Assembly: GCA_963822405.1 (NCBI GenBank)
Contig: CAWGHH010000002.1
Location: 266,766-330,765, forward strand
Source of the DNA: Candidatus Uhrbacteria bacterium
GTDB taxonomy: Bacteria > Patescibacteriota > Patescibacteriia > UBA9934
Length of the DNA: 64,000 nt
Reading direction: 5' to 3'
Shown: positions 1 to 9,074 of the stretch, piece after piece
Layout: every line of letters begins with the position of its first letter
Position numbering within the stretch: the first letter of the stretch is position 1
The notes under the pieces: generated by a model
Told to the model about the DNA's origin: nothing
Seen by the model: the letters and a program-made list of their open reading frames with translations, nothing else
The model's database searches: none
Program-made: the position numbers and the translations under genes

Positions 1-488
1 AACAACATCTTTAGGGTCGTTTGATTGTCGTCGATAACGGCAACAACGGTCTGTCCATTCTCAGCAGTAGATTGTTTCTTTATGACAACTATATCTCCGT
101 CAAAAATTCCCTCATCCACCATACTATCGCCAACTACCCGAAGAGCGAAATGTTTTTTTGGATCTGGGATACTATTTCCAACTACCGATACAGTCTCGCT
201 ATGGTCAACGATCGCTTCAATAGGCTTACCGGCAGCGATCTTGCCAATGATAGGAATCTCAATGATGGAACTAGGTAGATTTTTCGGTGTAAGACTTCTA
301 GCTAGATTGTCATCTTTCGATAAATATCCCTTTTCTATAAGCGCATGAATATGCTCATGCACAGTGGAAACGGCTTTAAGACCAAATTTGTTCCGCGTTT
401 CTTCGATAGTAGGAGAGATTCCGTTATCATTGATATACAATTTAACAAAATCAAATATTTCCTTCTGTTTCTTGGTTAGGGACGGCAT
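1..488 (-). CDS. lexA: SOS repressor LexA (3' end truncated by window edge; absent from ORF track)
   Basis: Manual translation from ATG 488: MPSLTKKQKEIFDFV...SPTIEE...VSTVHEHIHALIEKGYL (HTH), IPIIGKIAAGKPIEA (Ala-Gly cleavage site), LRVVGDSMVDEGIFDGD (catalytic Ser), TLK (catalytic Lys). Confidence 0.96.
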   Translation of the reverse strand, partial: MPSLTKKQKEIFDFVKLYINDNGISPTIEETRNKFGLKAVSTVHEHIHALIEKGYLSKDDNLARSLTPKNLPSSIIEIPIIGKIAAGKPIEAIVDHSETVSVVGNSIPDPKKHFALRVVGDSMVDEGIFDGDIVVIKKQSTAENGQTVVAVIDDNQTTLKML

Positions 489-521
489 AGTTTATTGAAA
501 ATTCTATTTCGCTGCATTTGC

Positions 522-544
522 AGTATACCCGAAAAGAAACCGAA
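522..544 (-). promoter_or_regulatory. lexA -10 box (TATACT) and adjacent direct repeat TTCGG-N6-TTCGG, putative LexA operator
   Basis: CCGAA at 529-533 and 540-544 on + strand, immediately upstream of TATACT (522-527, - strand). Confidence 0.65.
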
Positions 545-573
545 ACTTGCAGCTTTTCCACAGACGATACAAC

Positions 574-604
574 AGAACCCTTCCGCATGATGCGTTGAGG
601 CTTT
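574..604. repeat. Hairpin related to the hairpin at 2343-2373 (direct orientation)
   Basis: AGAACCCTTCCGCATGATGCGTTGAGGCTTT vs AGAGCCCCTTCGCATACTGCGTTGGGGCTCT, 24/31 identical. Confidence 0.6.
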
Positions 605-676
605 GTTGTGATGACGATGGTTTAACGAGAACCGTGATCATGGTACGATAAATTTATAACTATCCATGAAGATAAT

Positions 677-950
677 ATGGCAATCTTTACGCACAAGCGA
701 TTGTTTTGGTTTTTCCTGGTTTTGGGAATGATCGGTTTATTGGAGAATGGCAGTGTGGGGCGTGTTATTCCGACGGTTGACAGCGGTATTGTTTCAATAA
801 TTATAGCTATGCCTTTCATGTATATTTTTGGTTCGTGACATAGCCGCCACAATTGGTGTTTTGGTGAACATCCTTTTAAGCTTCTCGATTATTTGGTTGG
901 GTATAGCTTGGTATGAGTATTACCGGATGAAAAAACAGACCAAAACTTAG
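677..950 (+). pseudogene. Small membrane protein (~90 aa) split by +1 frameshift in T5 run (825-829); may be a sequencing error
   Basis: MAIFTHKRLFWFFLVLG... stops at 838; removing one T gives YILVRDIAATIGVLVNILLSFSIIWLGIAWYEYYRMKKQTKT*, ending 4 nt before the next ATG. Confidence 0.6.
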
Positions 951-954
951 TACT

Positions 955-1203
955 ATGTCCAATTTTTGGGAAATATTAAAGAAACTCTGGTATAGACTTG
1001 GAGCTCTAGCTATCGCGTCCATGATTGTGGCTGGATTTTTAACATTCGGTGGATATGGCTGTGTATCAGATGACCCGATTTATGGTCAATCTAATTGCGA
1101 GGGTTACCACGAAGGGACGCCGCTTCAATTCCTAACACGGTCATTTGGTTTCTATGTATTCGGATATTTCTCATACCTCCTGCTTAATCAAAAGGACGAA
1201 TAA
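955..1203 (+). CDS. Small membrane protein, two TM segments with Cys pair in loop
   Basis: 82-aa ORF tightly packed in array. Confidence 0.65.
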   Translation: MSNFWEILKKLWYRLGALAIASMIVAGFLTFGGYGCVSDDPIYGQSNCEGYHEGTPLQFLTRSFGFYVFGYFSYLLLNQKDE

Positions 1204-1214
1204 TATATTTAGGT

Positions 1215-1856
1215 ATGGCCATTTATACACCACGAGGCTTAAAAATTAGGATCAAAACTGATCATGCGTTTGCGTTGTTGGCGAGAATATATCCCCAAAC
1301 CTCCGCATTCCAGGTATTAAAAACAACGGAAGGAATTGAACTAATTCCGGCTTTCCTCGGTGTGGTAGCTGGTATCGTTAGTTTTGTATTCGGGGCATCA
1401 AATTTAGAAATTCTATTGTTGGCAAGTGCGGTTACAGTTATTGGTTCCGCAATGAATATGTTTGGGTTTTTCATCCCCGGAATTGTTTGGCTCACGACAA
1501 TTTATAGCTACCTTTCGGGTTATGGGATTTATTTTATTTCTATTGTCATCATCGGTTTAATCACGGTTGGATGGCAAGGAACCGCCTGTTATTTTCTAGG
1601 TAGACTGATAGGAATGGGATTAAGTCTATTGGTGGGCACTATAAACATGAAGCGCGTTTACAATAAGACAGGCATTGTACTTTCACAATCCGAAATAAAT
1701 TTCTTTAACGCCTATCGCATTTACGCTCGACGACAAAAAACCAGCGAAAACCAAACACCATCCGAAGAAGAGCTACAGATGAACAATTGGAGCCCATGTT
1801 TAGAGCATCTTGTGACGAATTGGCCTCAAGTAGTAGCGCGATTTACGGATGATTAA
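1215..1856 (+). CDS. Hypothetical multi-pass membrane protein
   Basis: 213-aa ORF, several hydrophobic helices. Confidence 0.8.
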   Translation: MAIYTPRGLKIRIKTDHAFALLARIYPQTSAFQVLKTTEGIELIPAFLGVVAGIVSFVFGASNLEILLLASAVTVIGSAMNMFGFFIPGIVWLTTIYSYLSGYGIYFISIVIIGLITVGWQGTACYFLGRLIGMGLSLLVGTINMKRVYNKTGIVLSQSEINFFNAYRIYARRQKTSENQTPSEEELQMNNWSPCLEHLVTNWPQVVARFTDD

Positions 1857-1874
1857 TCAATTTTGCTTCTTACT

Positions 1875-2066
1875 ATGCAACTAACAAAGAGACGGCGGTA
1901 CGTACTACAGGCAATTGTTGGATTTCTGATATTGATCGTGGCAAACAGAATTGACAGCTTATTCGACGGCGATAATTTTGCAGTGTCTACAGTTGTGGCA
2001 TTATTAAACATCACCGGTATCATCTGTCTATTAATGGGAATCTCAAAAGGTGTCAGCAAGCAGTAA
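1875..2066 (+). CDS. Small two-TM hypothetical protein
   Basis: ATG 1875, basic N-terminus plus two hydrophobic segments. Confidence 0.55.
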   Translation: MQLTKRRRYVLQAIVGFLILIVANRIDSLFDGDNFAVSTVVALLNITGIICLLMGISKGVSKQ

Positions 2067-2096
2067 TACGCTCACTTTTACTATTCATTCATTTTT

Positions 2097-2336
2097 ATGA
2101 AAATACTTCTATCCATTCTCGGCCTGGTGCTTCTCACCGGATCAGGATGTCTTGCTGAGGAGGATTATTCTGGTGGCGAAGACTTCAACGGCTATCCTTG
2201 CACAGAAGATTGTAGTGGGCACGAGGCTGGATATTCGTGGGCGGAAGATAACGACATCGACGATATCGATAACTGCGAAGGAAAGTCAGATTCATTTATT
2301 GAGGGTTGTCAATCGTACGTTGAAGAAAATTACTAA
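2097..2336 (+). CDS. Small acidic Cys-rich lipoprotein
   Basis: Signal peptide ending LTGSGC; CTEDCSGHEAGYSWA...C...SFIEGC motif. Confidence 0.8.
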   Translation: MKILLSILGLVLLTGSGCLAEEDYSGGEDFNGYPCTEDCSGHEAGYSWAEDNDIDDIDNCEGKSDSFIEGCQSYVEENY

Positions 2337-2342
2337 TTAAGA

Positions 2343-2377
2343 AGAGCCCCTTCGCATACTGCGTTGGGGCTCTTTTT
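2343..2377. terminator. Intrinsic terminator between convergent genes
   Basis: AGAGCCCC..CGCA-TAC-TGCG..GGGGCTCT followed by T run. Confidence 0.8.
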
Positions 2378-2389
2378 GGTGACGTGGAC

Positions 2390-2728
2390 TCACGGGGCGT
2401 TCTCACGGACCAGACGGGCGACGACCACGGCCGCTACTCGACGACAGGCATCAATGAACCGTTGGATAGAGCGTGGGAGAACATGGTCATAGTCCTCGCG
2501 CGGCAGAATGAGAGAACGCCGCTGGGAGGTAATTCTGTCCTCGACCAGCTGAACCACGAGTTGGTTAGCGTCGTTCATACCGTAGTAGATCAGCAGAGTC
2601 TGTTCTGCGTCTTCAAGGTCACCGGTGATGTCTACAACCTTGAGCGTCACGGCTTCACCGCCGTTCGCATCCTTCATGACTTCCTCATATTCCCCTGACC
2701 CAAGTACATCGGCCAAAACTCCCTCCAC
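2390..2728 (-). CDS. Orphan hypothetical protein with own promoter and SD
   Basis: ~110-aa ORF, GC-rich codons; TTGCCC-N17-TAACCT (2786-2758, -) and GGAGG near the start. Confidence 0.7.
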   Translation of the reverse strand: MEGVLADVLGSGEYEEVMKDANGGEAVTLKVVDITGDLEDAEQTLLIYYGMNDANQLVVQLVEDRITSQRRSLILPREDYDHVLPRSIQRFIDACRRVAAVVVARLVRENAP

Positions 2729-2875
2729 ACCCCCTCTAGTTGAGAAGGCCTACAATGAGGTTACAATAGGCGGACTAACTGGGCAACCCGGTGGCTCTAA
2801 ACGAAAAAGCCCCCAGTACGGACGTATCCGTACAAGGGCCTCTTTCATAGTGATGGTAGGATACCATACAGTTTT

Positions 2876-2977
2876 GTCATTGCGAGGGATCTCCGTAGCT
2901 TCGAGCGAAGGAGATGCCCGAAGCAACCTCACGAGATTGCTTCGACTCAAACGATTACGTTTGGTCTCGCAAAGACT
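2876..2977. repeat. ~100-bp nested palindromic repeat (GTCATTGCGAG...CTCGCAAAGAC), copy 1
   Basis: Near-identical to 14677-14777 with compensatory stem changes. Confidence 0.9.
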
Positions 2978-3001
2978 GAAATACTAATCACCAGCAATTG
3001 T

Positions 3002-5932
3002 ATGTCTGATCTTCTCGAAGGCCTGAACCCAGAACAACTCGCGGCCGTGACCCATGGCGAAGGTCCGCTCATGATTATTGCGGGGGCGGGAACGGGGAAG
3101 ACAAAGGTGGTGACCACGCGCATTGCGTGGTTGATTGACCAGAAACTCGCCGAGCCGAATGACATTCTCGCGCTGACGTTTACTGACAAGGCAGCGAATG
3201 AAATGGAGGAACGAGTCGACCGTCTTTTGCCGATGGGTTATCTCGATCTCAACATTTCCACCTTTCACTCTTTTTGCGAAAAGGTTTTGCGTGAACATGG
3301 AATTCATATTGGTATTCCGTCGGACTTCAAGTTGTATACCGAGGTTGATTGTTGGTTGCTCATGCGTCGCAACCTTGATAGATTCGAGCTCGACTATTTC
3401 AAACCGCGTGGTTCGCCAACAAAATTCTTGCGACAACTACTTTCTCATTTTTCGAAGTGTAAGGACGAGGGTATCTCCCCCGAGAAATATTCTATTGCAG
3501 TTGAAGAACTCGCAAAGGTTTTGTCGAAGGGTCCAGCAATGCTCGACGAGGACAAGCTCGAAATACAAAAATGGCAGGAACTATCCGGCGCTTACGCCAT
3601 GTACGAGACACTCTTATCCGAACAGCACGCTATCGATTTCGGCGGCTTGCTTCTATTAGCGCTTGAGTTATTCAGAACTCGACCAAATGTCCTAGCGGAA
3701 TATCTCGCGCGATTCAAGTACGTTATTGTCGACGAGTTTCAAGACACAAACAGCATTCAATATGCGCTCGTCAAATTGTTAACTGGTCCAAAGCGCAATG
3801 TTACGGTCGTGGGCGACGACGATCAAGCAATCTACAAGTTTCGTGGCGCCGCCCTCGCCAATATTTTAGAGTTTAGAACTGACTACCCGGATACAGCGCG
3901 TGTTGTGCTTACCAGAAACTATAGAAGTGGCGCGACAATTCTCGACGCTGCACATAAACTTATTCAGACGAATAATCCTCATCGTTTAGAAGCGAGCGAA
4001 GGTTTATCAAAAAAACTACAATCGCAAATTGAACATGCAGGTCTCGTCCATCACCTTCACTGCGCAACAGCTGTCGAGGAAGTCGAATCCGTCATCAACG
4101 AAATTATTGCTAAGCACGAAAACGGGGAAGGGGACTGGAACGATTTTGTAATTCTCGCACGCTCGAATGATGCAGCTGATCCGTTTCTCGAAGCCCTTGA
4201 GCGAGTTGGCGTTCCGTATCACTTCGTGGCCATGTCTGGTTTGTACACGAAACCGATTATCCTAGACTCGATGGCTTACATGCGCGTAGTGTACGAGCCG
4301 TATAACTCGCCAGCGATGTATCGAATCCTGAGTCATCCTCGTCTCGGCCTCACCGAGTCCGATCTTTCAGCGTTAATGCAATATGTGCGCAAGAAAAATG
4401 GCGCAGCAATTATTGACGGCATGCGTTCGCTCGGTCAGGAAGCTGGAGTGTCACTCGATGGGTCAACTCGACTAAACGAGATTGTTCGAATTATCGAAAA
4501 CCTACGGGACAAAGCAAAGCGTTTGCCAGTCACCGAGCTGTTCGTTTCGGTTCTCAAAGATACCGGTCTACTCGGCGACATGCGAATCATGCCTGAAGCT
4601 GATCAGCAGGAAGTATTCCGACACCTAGAAGGTTTCCTGGCTCGCCTGAAGCGCTACGTTGTCGCCAGTCCGGACAATAAGCTGTTACCCGGCTTCTTAG
4701 AGGAGTTCGACGCTGAACGCGAGGCAGGGGAGGCTGGTGGTTTGAAGGCTGACACCGAGGAGGGGCCCGATGTCGTCAATGTCATGACTATTCACGCCGC
4801 GAAGGGCCTCGAGTTCAAATATGTGTTTGTGGTGAACATGATCGAGCAACGTTTCCCCTCAGTTTCGCGCTCCGACCAACTTCCTCTCCCCCCAACGCTC
4901 GTCCGCAAAGTCGATGCCGCTCTGGACGATCACGTCGCCGAGGAACGTCGTCTGTTCTATGTGGCCATGACTCGCGCTAAGCAGGGTTTGTATTTATGTT
5001 CGGCGGAAGATTACGGCGGTACTCGTAAGCGAAAACCGTCGAGGTTCCTCGCCGAGTTAGGTTACGAAGTGCAACCGACCGAAAAGAAAAAGAAAATGAG
5101 CACGGACGATATTCTCGATGAACGAGGCAAGATTGTAACCAGTTCCGGCGAGGCCGATATCAAATTGCCGACAAAATTCTCTTTCTCTCAAGTCGCCGCT
5201 TTCGGTTCATGTCCTCTCCAGTACAAGTACGCTCATATTCTCAAAATCCCGACGTTTGGCCGTCATCAGTTCAGCTTCGGCCAAAGCATGCACTTAACCC
5301 TTGAAAAGTTCGTCAAAGAAATGCTCCCCGCAGAATCAACAACCCTTTCTAGCCCTTTATTGCCCTTTCGAACCTTTCCTTCACTCCGTCAGCTTCTCGA
5401 TATGTACGCTGCATCATTCATCGACGAATGGTACCCAGATTCGAAGACTCGTGAACAGTATCGTCAGCAGGGCGTCGATTCTCTCACAGAGTTCCATCGT
5501 AAAGTGGTCGAGAATCAACCTAAGCCGATTATCCTTGAGGCCGGCTTCACTCTAAAGATCGGCGACATCTTGATGAAAGGACGTATCGACAGAATCGACG
5601 CGGTCGAAGGTGGCGTTGAGATTATCGACTACAAGACCGGCCGGTTCAAAGAAAAGCTGGATTGGGATGACCGTCGCCAGCTGATCTTGTACGCTCTGGC
5701 CGCTGAGCAATGTTTCAATCCGCCCCTCGTCGTCAAAGCGCTAACGTACTATTATGTTGAGACAAACGAAACGATGAGTTTTGCCCCAACTGACAAGGAC
5801 AAGGAAAAACTACTAGACGAGATCAAAGAAACCGTCGGCGCAATTAGAACGAGTACGTTCGAGCCGAAACCGGGACCATTTACTTGTAAGTATTGTGACT
5901 TTAAGGACATTTGCCCGTTTTCGCAACAATAA
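3002..5932 (+). CDS. UvrD/PcrA-family SF1 helicase fused to C-terminal PD-(D/E)XK nuclease with Fe-S staple cysteines
   Basis: AGAGTGKT, VDEFQDTN, VGDDDQAIY, NYRS, TIHAAKGLEF, EERRLFYVAMTRA; GRIDRID..IIDYKTG, CPLQY...CKYCDFKDIC. Confidence 0.95.
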   Translation: MSDLLEGLNPEQLAAVTHGEGPLMIIAGAGTGKTKVVTTRIAWLIDQKLAEPNDILALTFTDKAANEMEERVDRLLPMGYLDLNISTFHSFCEKVLREHGIHIGIPSDFKLYTEVDCWLLMRRNLDRFELDYFKPRGSPTKFLRQLLSHFSKCKDEGISPEKYSIAVEELAKVLSKGPAMLDEDKLEIQKWQELSGAYAMYETLLSEQHAIDFGGLLLLALELFRTRPNVLAEYLARFKYVIVDEFQDTNSIQYALVKLLTGPKRNVTVVGDDDQAIYKFRGAALANILEFRTDYPDTARVVLTRNYRSGATILDAAHKLIQTNNPHRLEASEGLSKKLQSQIEHAGLVHHLHCATAVEEVESVINEIIAKHENGEGDWNDFVILARSNDAADPFLEALERVGVPYHFVAMSGLYTKPIILDSMAYMRVVYEPYNSPAMYRILSHPRLGLTESDLSALMQYVRKKNGAAIIDGMRSLGQEAGVSLDGSTRLNEIVRIIENLRDKAKRLPVTELFVSVLKDTGLLGDMRIMPEADQQEVFRHLEGFLARLKRYVVASPDNKLLPGFLEEFDAEREAGEAGGLKADTEEGPDVVNVMTIHAAKGLEFKYVFVVNMIEQRFPSVSRSDQLPLPPTLVRKVDAALDDHVAEERRLFYVAMTRAKQGLYLCSAEDYGGTRKRKPSRFLAELGYEVQPTEKKKKMSTDDILDERGKIVTSSGEADIKLPTKFSFSQVAAFGSCPLQYKYAHILKIPTFGRHQFSFGQSMHLTLEKFVKEMLPAESTTLSSPLLPFRTFPSLRQLLDMYAASFIDEWYPDSKTREQYRQQGVDSLTEFHRKVVENQPKPIILEAGFTLKIGDILMKGRIDRIDAVEGGVEIIDYKTGRFKEKLDWDDRRQLILYALAAEQCFNPPLVVKALTYYYVETNETMSFAPTDKDKEKLLDEIKETVGAIRTSTFEPKPGPFTCKYCDFKDICPFSQQ

Positions 5933-5934
5933 CT

Positions 5935-6246
5935 ATGCGCACCTTCGGCAGTCTCACAGACTCGGTTCTCGCTCGCCATGGAATTGGCAAGCAGGTTTTG
6001 GCTGCGCAAGTTGTGCGGAAGGGGAATGAGAAACTGCTCGCCCTTATCCCACAGGAAATTCAACGCGACATAAAGGTTCTAAGCTATAAGGACAACGAGT
6101 TAACTATCGCGTGCCAAAACCCAACCGCGCGTTACGAGGCCGACGCTGTCGCGCCTAAGCTCGCACGCGCACTAGAGGAAGACTTCCCGTCGCTTTCTCT
6201 GGTTTGTGTGGCTAAGCTTCGTCCCGAGGCGTTTATGGATATATAA
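5935..6246 (+). CDS. DciA/DUF721-like protein
   Basis: ~103 aa; IKVLSYKDNELTIAC..P pattern typical of DUF721. Confidence 0.6.
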   Translation: MRTFGSLTDSVLARHGIGKQVLAAQVVRKGNEKLLALIPQEIQRDIKVLSYKDNELTIACQNPTARYEADAVAPKLARALEEDFPSLSLVCVAKLRPEAFMDI

Positions 6247-6256
6247 TGCGGGTGCT

Positions 6257-6649
6257 ATGAACCTTCGACAGTACATCACCATCTTGGCTCTTGGCACCTT
6301 TGTCGCTCTAGCAGCGTGGGGTGTGACGTTAACGTCGATCGACCCATTCACCGCTGGCCCACTCGCGCTCGTCATCTTCTATGTCACACTCGGCAGCGGG
6401 CTTGTCGGCCTTCTCACGATTATCGGTACGGTTTTACGAGCAAGCCGTTTCCCCGAAGCCGGCGCAAGCGTGGCCGTTATTCGCTCATTCCGCCAGGGCG
6501 TATTTCTTAGTGGTTTAATTCTCGTTTCACTTGTTCTCATGAGCCTTGGGATGTTCTCGACGCCCGTCCTTCTTGTCATGATCGGTATCCTGGCGCTCCT
6601 TGAATTTTTCTTTCTCATTTTTCAAGACAGGAGAACGATTGAATCTTAG
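6257..6649 (+). CDS. Four-TM hypothetical membrane protein
   Basis: ATG 6257 preceded by TATAAT 6242-6247; SFRQG motif between helices. Confidence 0.8.
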   Translation: MNLRQYITILALGTFVALAAWGVTLTSIDPFTAGPLALVIFYVTLGSGLVGLLTIIGTVLRASRFPEAGASVAVIRSFRQGVFLSGLILVSLVLMSLGMFSTPVLLVMIGILALLEFFFLIFQDRRTIES

Positions 6650-6705
6650 CCACAGGCCTTCTTGTTCAGGATGCTAGGCCATGGTGAAATGCGAACGACC
6701 GAACT

Positions 6706-7746
6706 ATGTTTAGTCGAATTTTTGGGCGGTTTTCAAAGGATATTGCGATTGACCTGGGAACGTCTAATACCAGGGTTTTTGTGCGTGAGCGCGGCATCGT
6801 CATGCACGAGCCGTCGATTGTGGCGGTTAATACTCGAACAAATCACATTTTGGCGGTTGGGACATCGGCCAAAGACATGCTCGGCAAGACGCCACCGCAC
6901 ATTGTGACCACTCGACCACTTACAAAGGGTGTTATTTCGGACTTCGAGGTAACAGAAAAAATGTTGAAATATTTCGTCGACAAGGTTCACGAAGATACTT
7001 TTACTTTAGTACCTCGACCACGCATGGTGATGACCGTGCCACTTGAAATTACCGAAGTAGAACGCAAGGCGGTAGAAGATGCTGCTCTTTCGGCTGGCGC
7101 ACGTGAAGCATTTCTAGTCGAGGCACCACTCGCGGCCGCTATTGGTGCCGGCTTACCGGTCGAGGATTCCGTTGGCAGCATGATTGTGGACATTGGCGGG
7201 GGGACGACTGAAATCGCTGTTGTCGCGCTTGGCGGTATTGTCACATGGAAATCGCTAACGGTTGCTGGCGACGAGATGACGAAGAGTGTCACTCAATACG
7301 CCCGTGATGTTTTCAATTTATTAATTGGTGAACGAGTGGCGGAAGAAATTAAGTGGCGAATCGGCACAACGATGGATCTTGGTACGCCGATGGAAATGGA
7401 AATGCGTGGACGATATTTGATTAATGGATTGCCACGGCAAGTGATGGTCACCGACGCGCAAATTCGTGAGGCAATCTATCGCAATGTACAGATGATTGTT
7501 GAAAACATTAAAGCGACTATTGAGGTTACGCCTCCAGAAATTGTCGCCGATATTTATGAACGAGGCATCGTGCTTGCTGGTGGTGGGGCACTATTAAAAG
7601 GCATCGACAAAACCATCGCTAGAGAAACCGACATCCCAGTTCGGATTGCTGATGATCCATTGACTTGCACTGTTCGAGGTGCCGGCGCATTGCTTGATAG
7701 ACCTGAATTCTTGAAAGATATTTCTCTGCCCACTGCTAATAACTAG
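6706..7746 (+). CDS. mreB: Rod shape-determining protein MreB
   Basis: IAIDLGTSNT, VDIGGGTTE, LAGGGALL motifs. Confidence 0.97.
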   Translation: MFSRIFGRFSKDIAIDLGTSNTRVFVRERGIVMHEPSIVAVNTRTNHILAVGTSAKDMLGKTPPHIVTTRPLTKGVISDFEVTEKMLKYFVDKVHEDTFTLVPRPRMVMTVPLEITEVERKAVEDAALSAGAREAFLVEAPLAAAIGAGLPVEDSVGSMIVDIGGGTTEIAVVALGGIVTWKSLTVAGDEMTKSVTQYARDVFNLLIGERVAEEIKWRIGTTMDLGTPMEMEMRGRYLINGLPRQVMVTDAQIREAIYRNVQMIVENIKATIEVTPPEIVADIYERGIVLAGGGALLKGIDKTIARETDIPVRIADDPLTCTVRGAGALLDRPEFLKDISLPTANN

Positions 7747-7751
7747 CGCAT

Positions 7752-8555
7752 GTGATTGAGCAACCAACATTATGGTCTAGGTTGAAGCCTGTCGCCGTTT
7801 TCCTTGCGGCGATTTTGGTCTATTTTTTAGCTCAGCGTTTACCAGTAGTTGGCGGCGTACTTAGAGCAGGCGAGGGGACTTTGGCCAAAGCTGGGGCGGG
7901 AATAGCGAGAGCAGTTTCTAGATTCTTCGAATCTGAAAGCTCGCTCACAGTGAAACTCAAGGCGTGCACGGACGACAGAACCGCGCTCGCCCGCGATGCC
8001 GTTGAATTCGAAAAATTAAAAGATGAAAATGCTGAGCTACGAGAAGAACTTAAATACAAAGAGAGTGTTAGCGTGGGCGGAATGGCTGCTCGACTAATTG
8101 CCAGATCGTTACCAGAAGATCCAATGCGCGTAGTGATTGATAGGGGCAGCGCAGACGGCGTGAAAGATGGATCAATTGTAGTTGTAGGACAAGGTGTAGT
8201 ACTTGGTACTATTCATGACATTAATGAACACACTAGCGTAGTCACTCTTTTGACTGCGATTGATAGCAAAATCCCGGTAGCAATTATCGGGAAACAACGA
8301 ACCGTCGGTATTGCTGAAGGCAGAAACGGCGTAGTGATGACCATGAACTTCATTCCAAGAGATGCGGACGTTGCGCGGGGGGACATTGTTACCACAAGTG
8401 GGCTTGACGGACGCATTCCAGAGGGCTTATTGCTCGGCACCGTGACCGAAGTAATTGATTTACCAAGCGCCCCATTTAAGAGCGCTTTGCTCGAACCTTT
8501 TGCAGATCCGCTTGAATGGTCAGCTGTCCTTATTCTTCCGCCAGTTTCATCCTAA
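7752..8555 (+). CDS. mreC: Rod shape-determining protein MreC
   Basis: TM plus coiled coil (ENAELREEL), IDRGSADGV, GDIVTTSG; follows mreB. Confidence 0.93.
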   Translation: MIEQPTLWSRLKPVAVFLAAILVYFLAQRLPVVGGVLRAGEGTLAKAGAGIARAVSRFFESESSLTVKLKACTDDRTALARDAVEFEKLKDENAELREELKYKESVSVGGMAARLIARSLPEDPMRVVIDRGSADGVKDGSIVVVGQGVVLGTIHDINEHTSVVTLLTAIDSKIPVAIIGKQRTVGIAEGRNGVVMTMNFIPRDADVARGDIVTTSGLDGRIPEGLLLGTVTEVIDLPSAPFKSALLEPFADPLEWSAVLILPPVSS

Positions 8556-8558
8556 ATT

Positions 8559-9074
8559 ATGTTGGCCGGAATTCTTTCAGCCATAATCATGCTCGCCACC
8601 TTTCTGTTAGAAGAAACAGTGTTTGGTATTCTCCCCCTACCTTGGAGATTGATTCCGATAGCTCTCATCCTTGCGTTGTCGCTCATGCACCGCGTGTCTT
8701 TTGAAATGGGAGCAGTTTTTTTACTTGTTTCGACACTTGCTGGGGTATTTTCTGGACTTGCTCCAGTAGCCACCGTTGCTGTAGCTCTGGTTTGTATAGC
8801 CACTTCTTACGCCATGACTGCGCGAGTATTTGCCCGTCGATCACTGGTAGCTTTTGCTGGCTTGTCACTAGCCACTGGTTTAATCTATTTTCTCTTACGC
8901 TTTGGCGTAGTTTCTCCAGTGCCTGGATTTTTTCCGTGGATGTACTTATTTTCTGCTTTGCTAACGGCCTTACTTGCAATTATTTCTTCCTTGGCTCTCG
9001 AATGGATTCTGACCGGGTTTGGAAAAAGCTTTGTCACCAAAAATCAGACCTATGAAGTCCACTCGGAACGATAA
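8559..9074 (+). CDS. mreD: MreD-like membrane protein
   Basis: 171-aa hydrophobic ORF between mreC and pbp2. Confidence 0.7.
   Translation: MLAGILSAIIMLATFLLEETVFGILPLPWRLIPIALILALSLMHRVSFEMGAVFLLVSTLAGVFSGLAPVATVAVALVCIATSYAMTARVFARRSLVAFAGLSLATGLIYFLLRFGVVSPVPGFFPWMYLFSALLTALLAIISSLALEWILTGFGKSFVTKNQTYEVHSER

Noticed and set aside
21-348. Plus-strand ORFs at the window start and the many short antisense ORFs throughout
   Set aside because: They are shadows of well-supported genes on the opposite strand or in another frame.
554-562. DnaA box / replication origin
   Set aside because: A single TTTTCCACA-type match, no box cluster, and no dnaA or dnaN nearby.
677-2336. Integron cassette array
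   Set aside because: Intergenic gaps of 4-30 nt are too short for attC sites and there is no integrase in the window.
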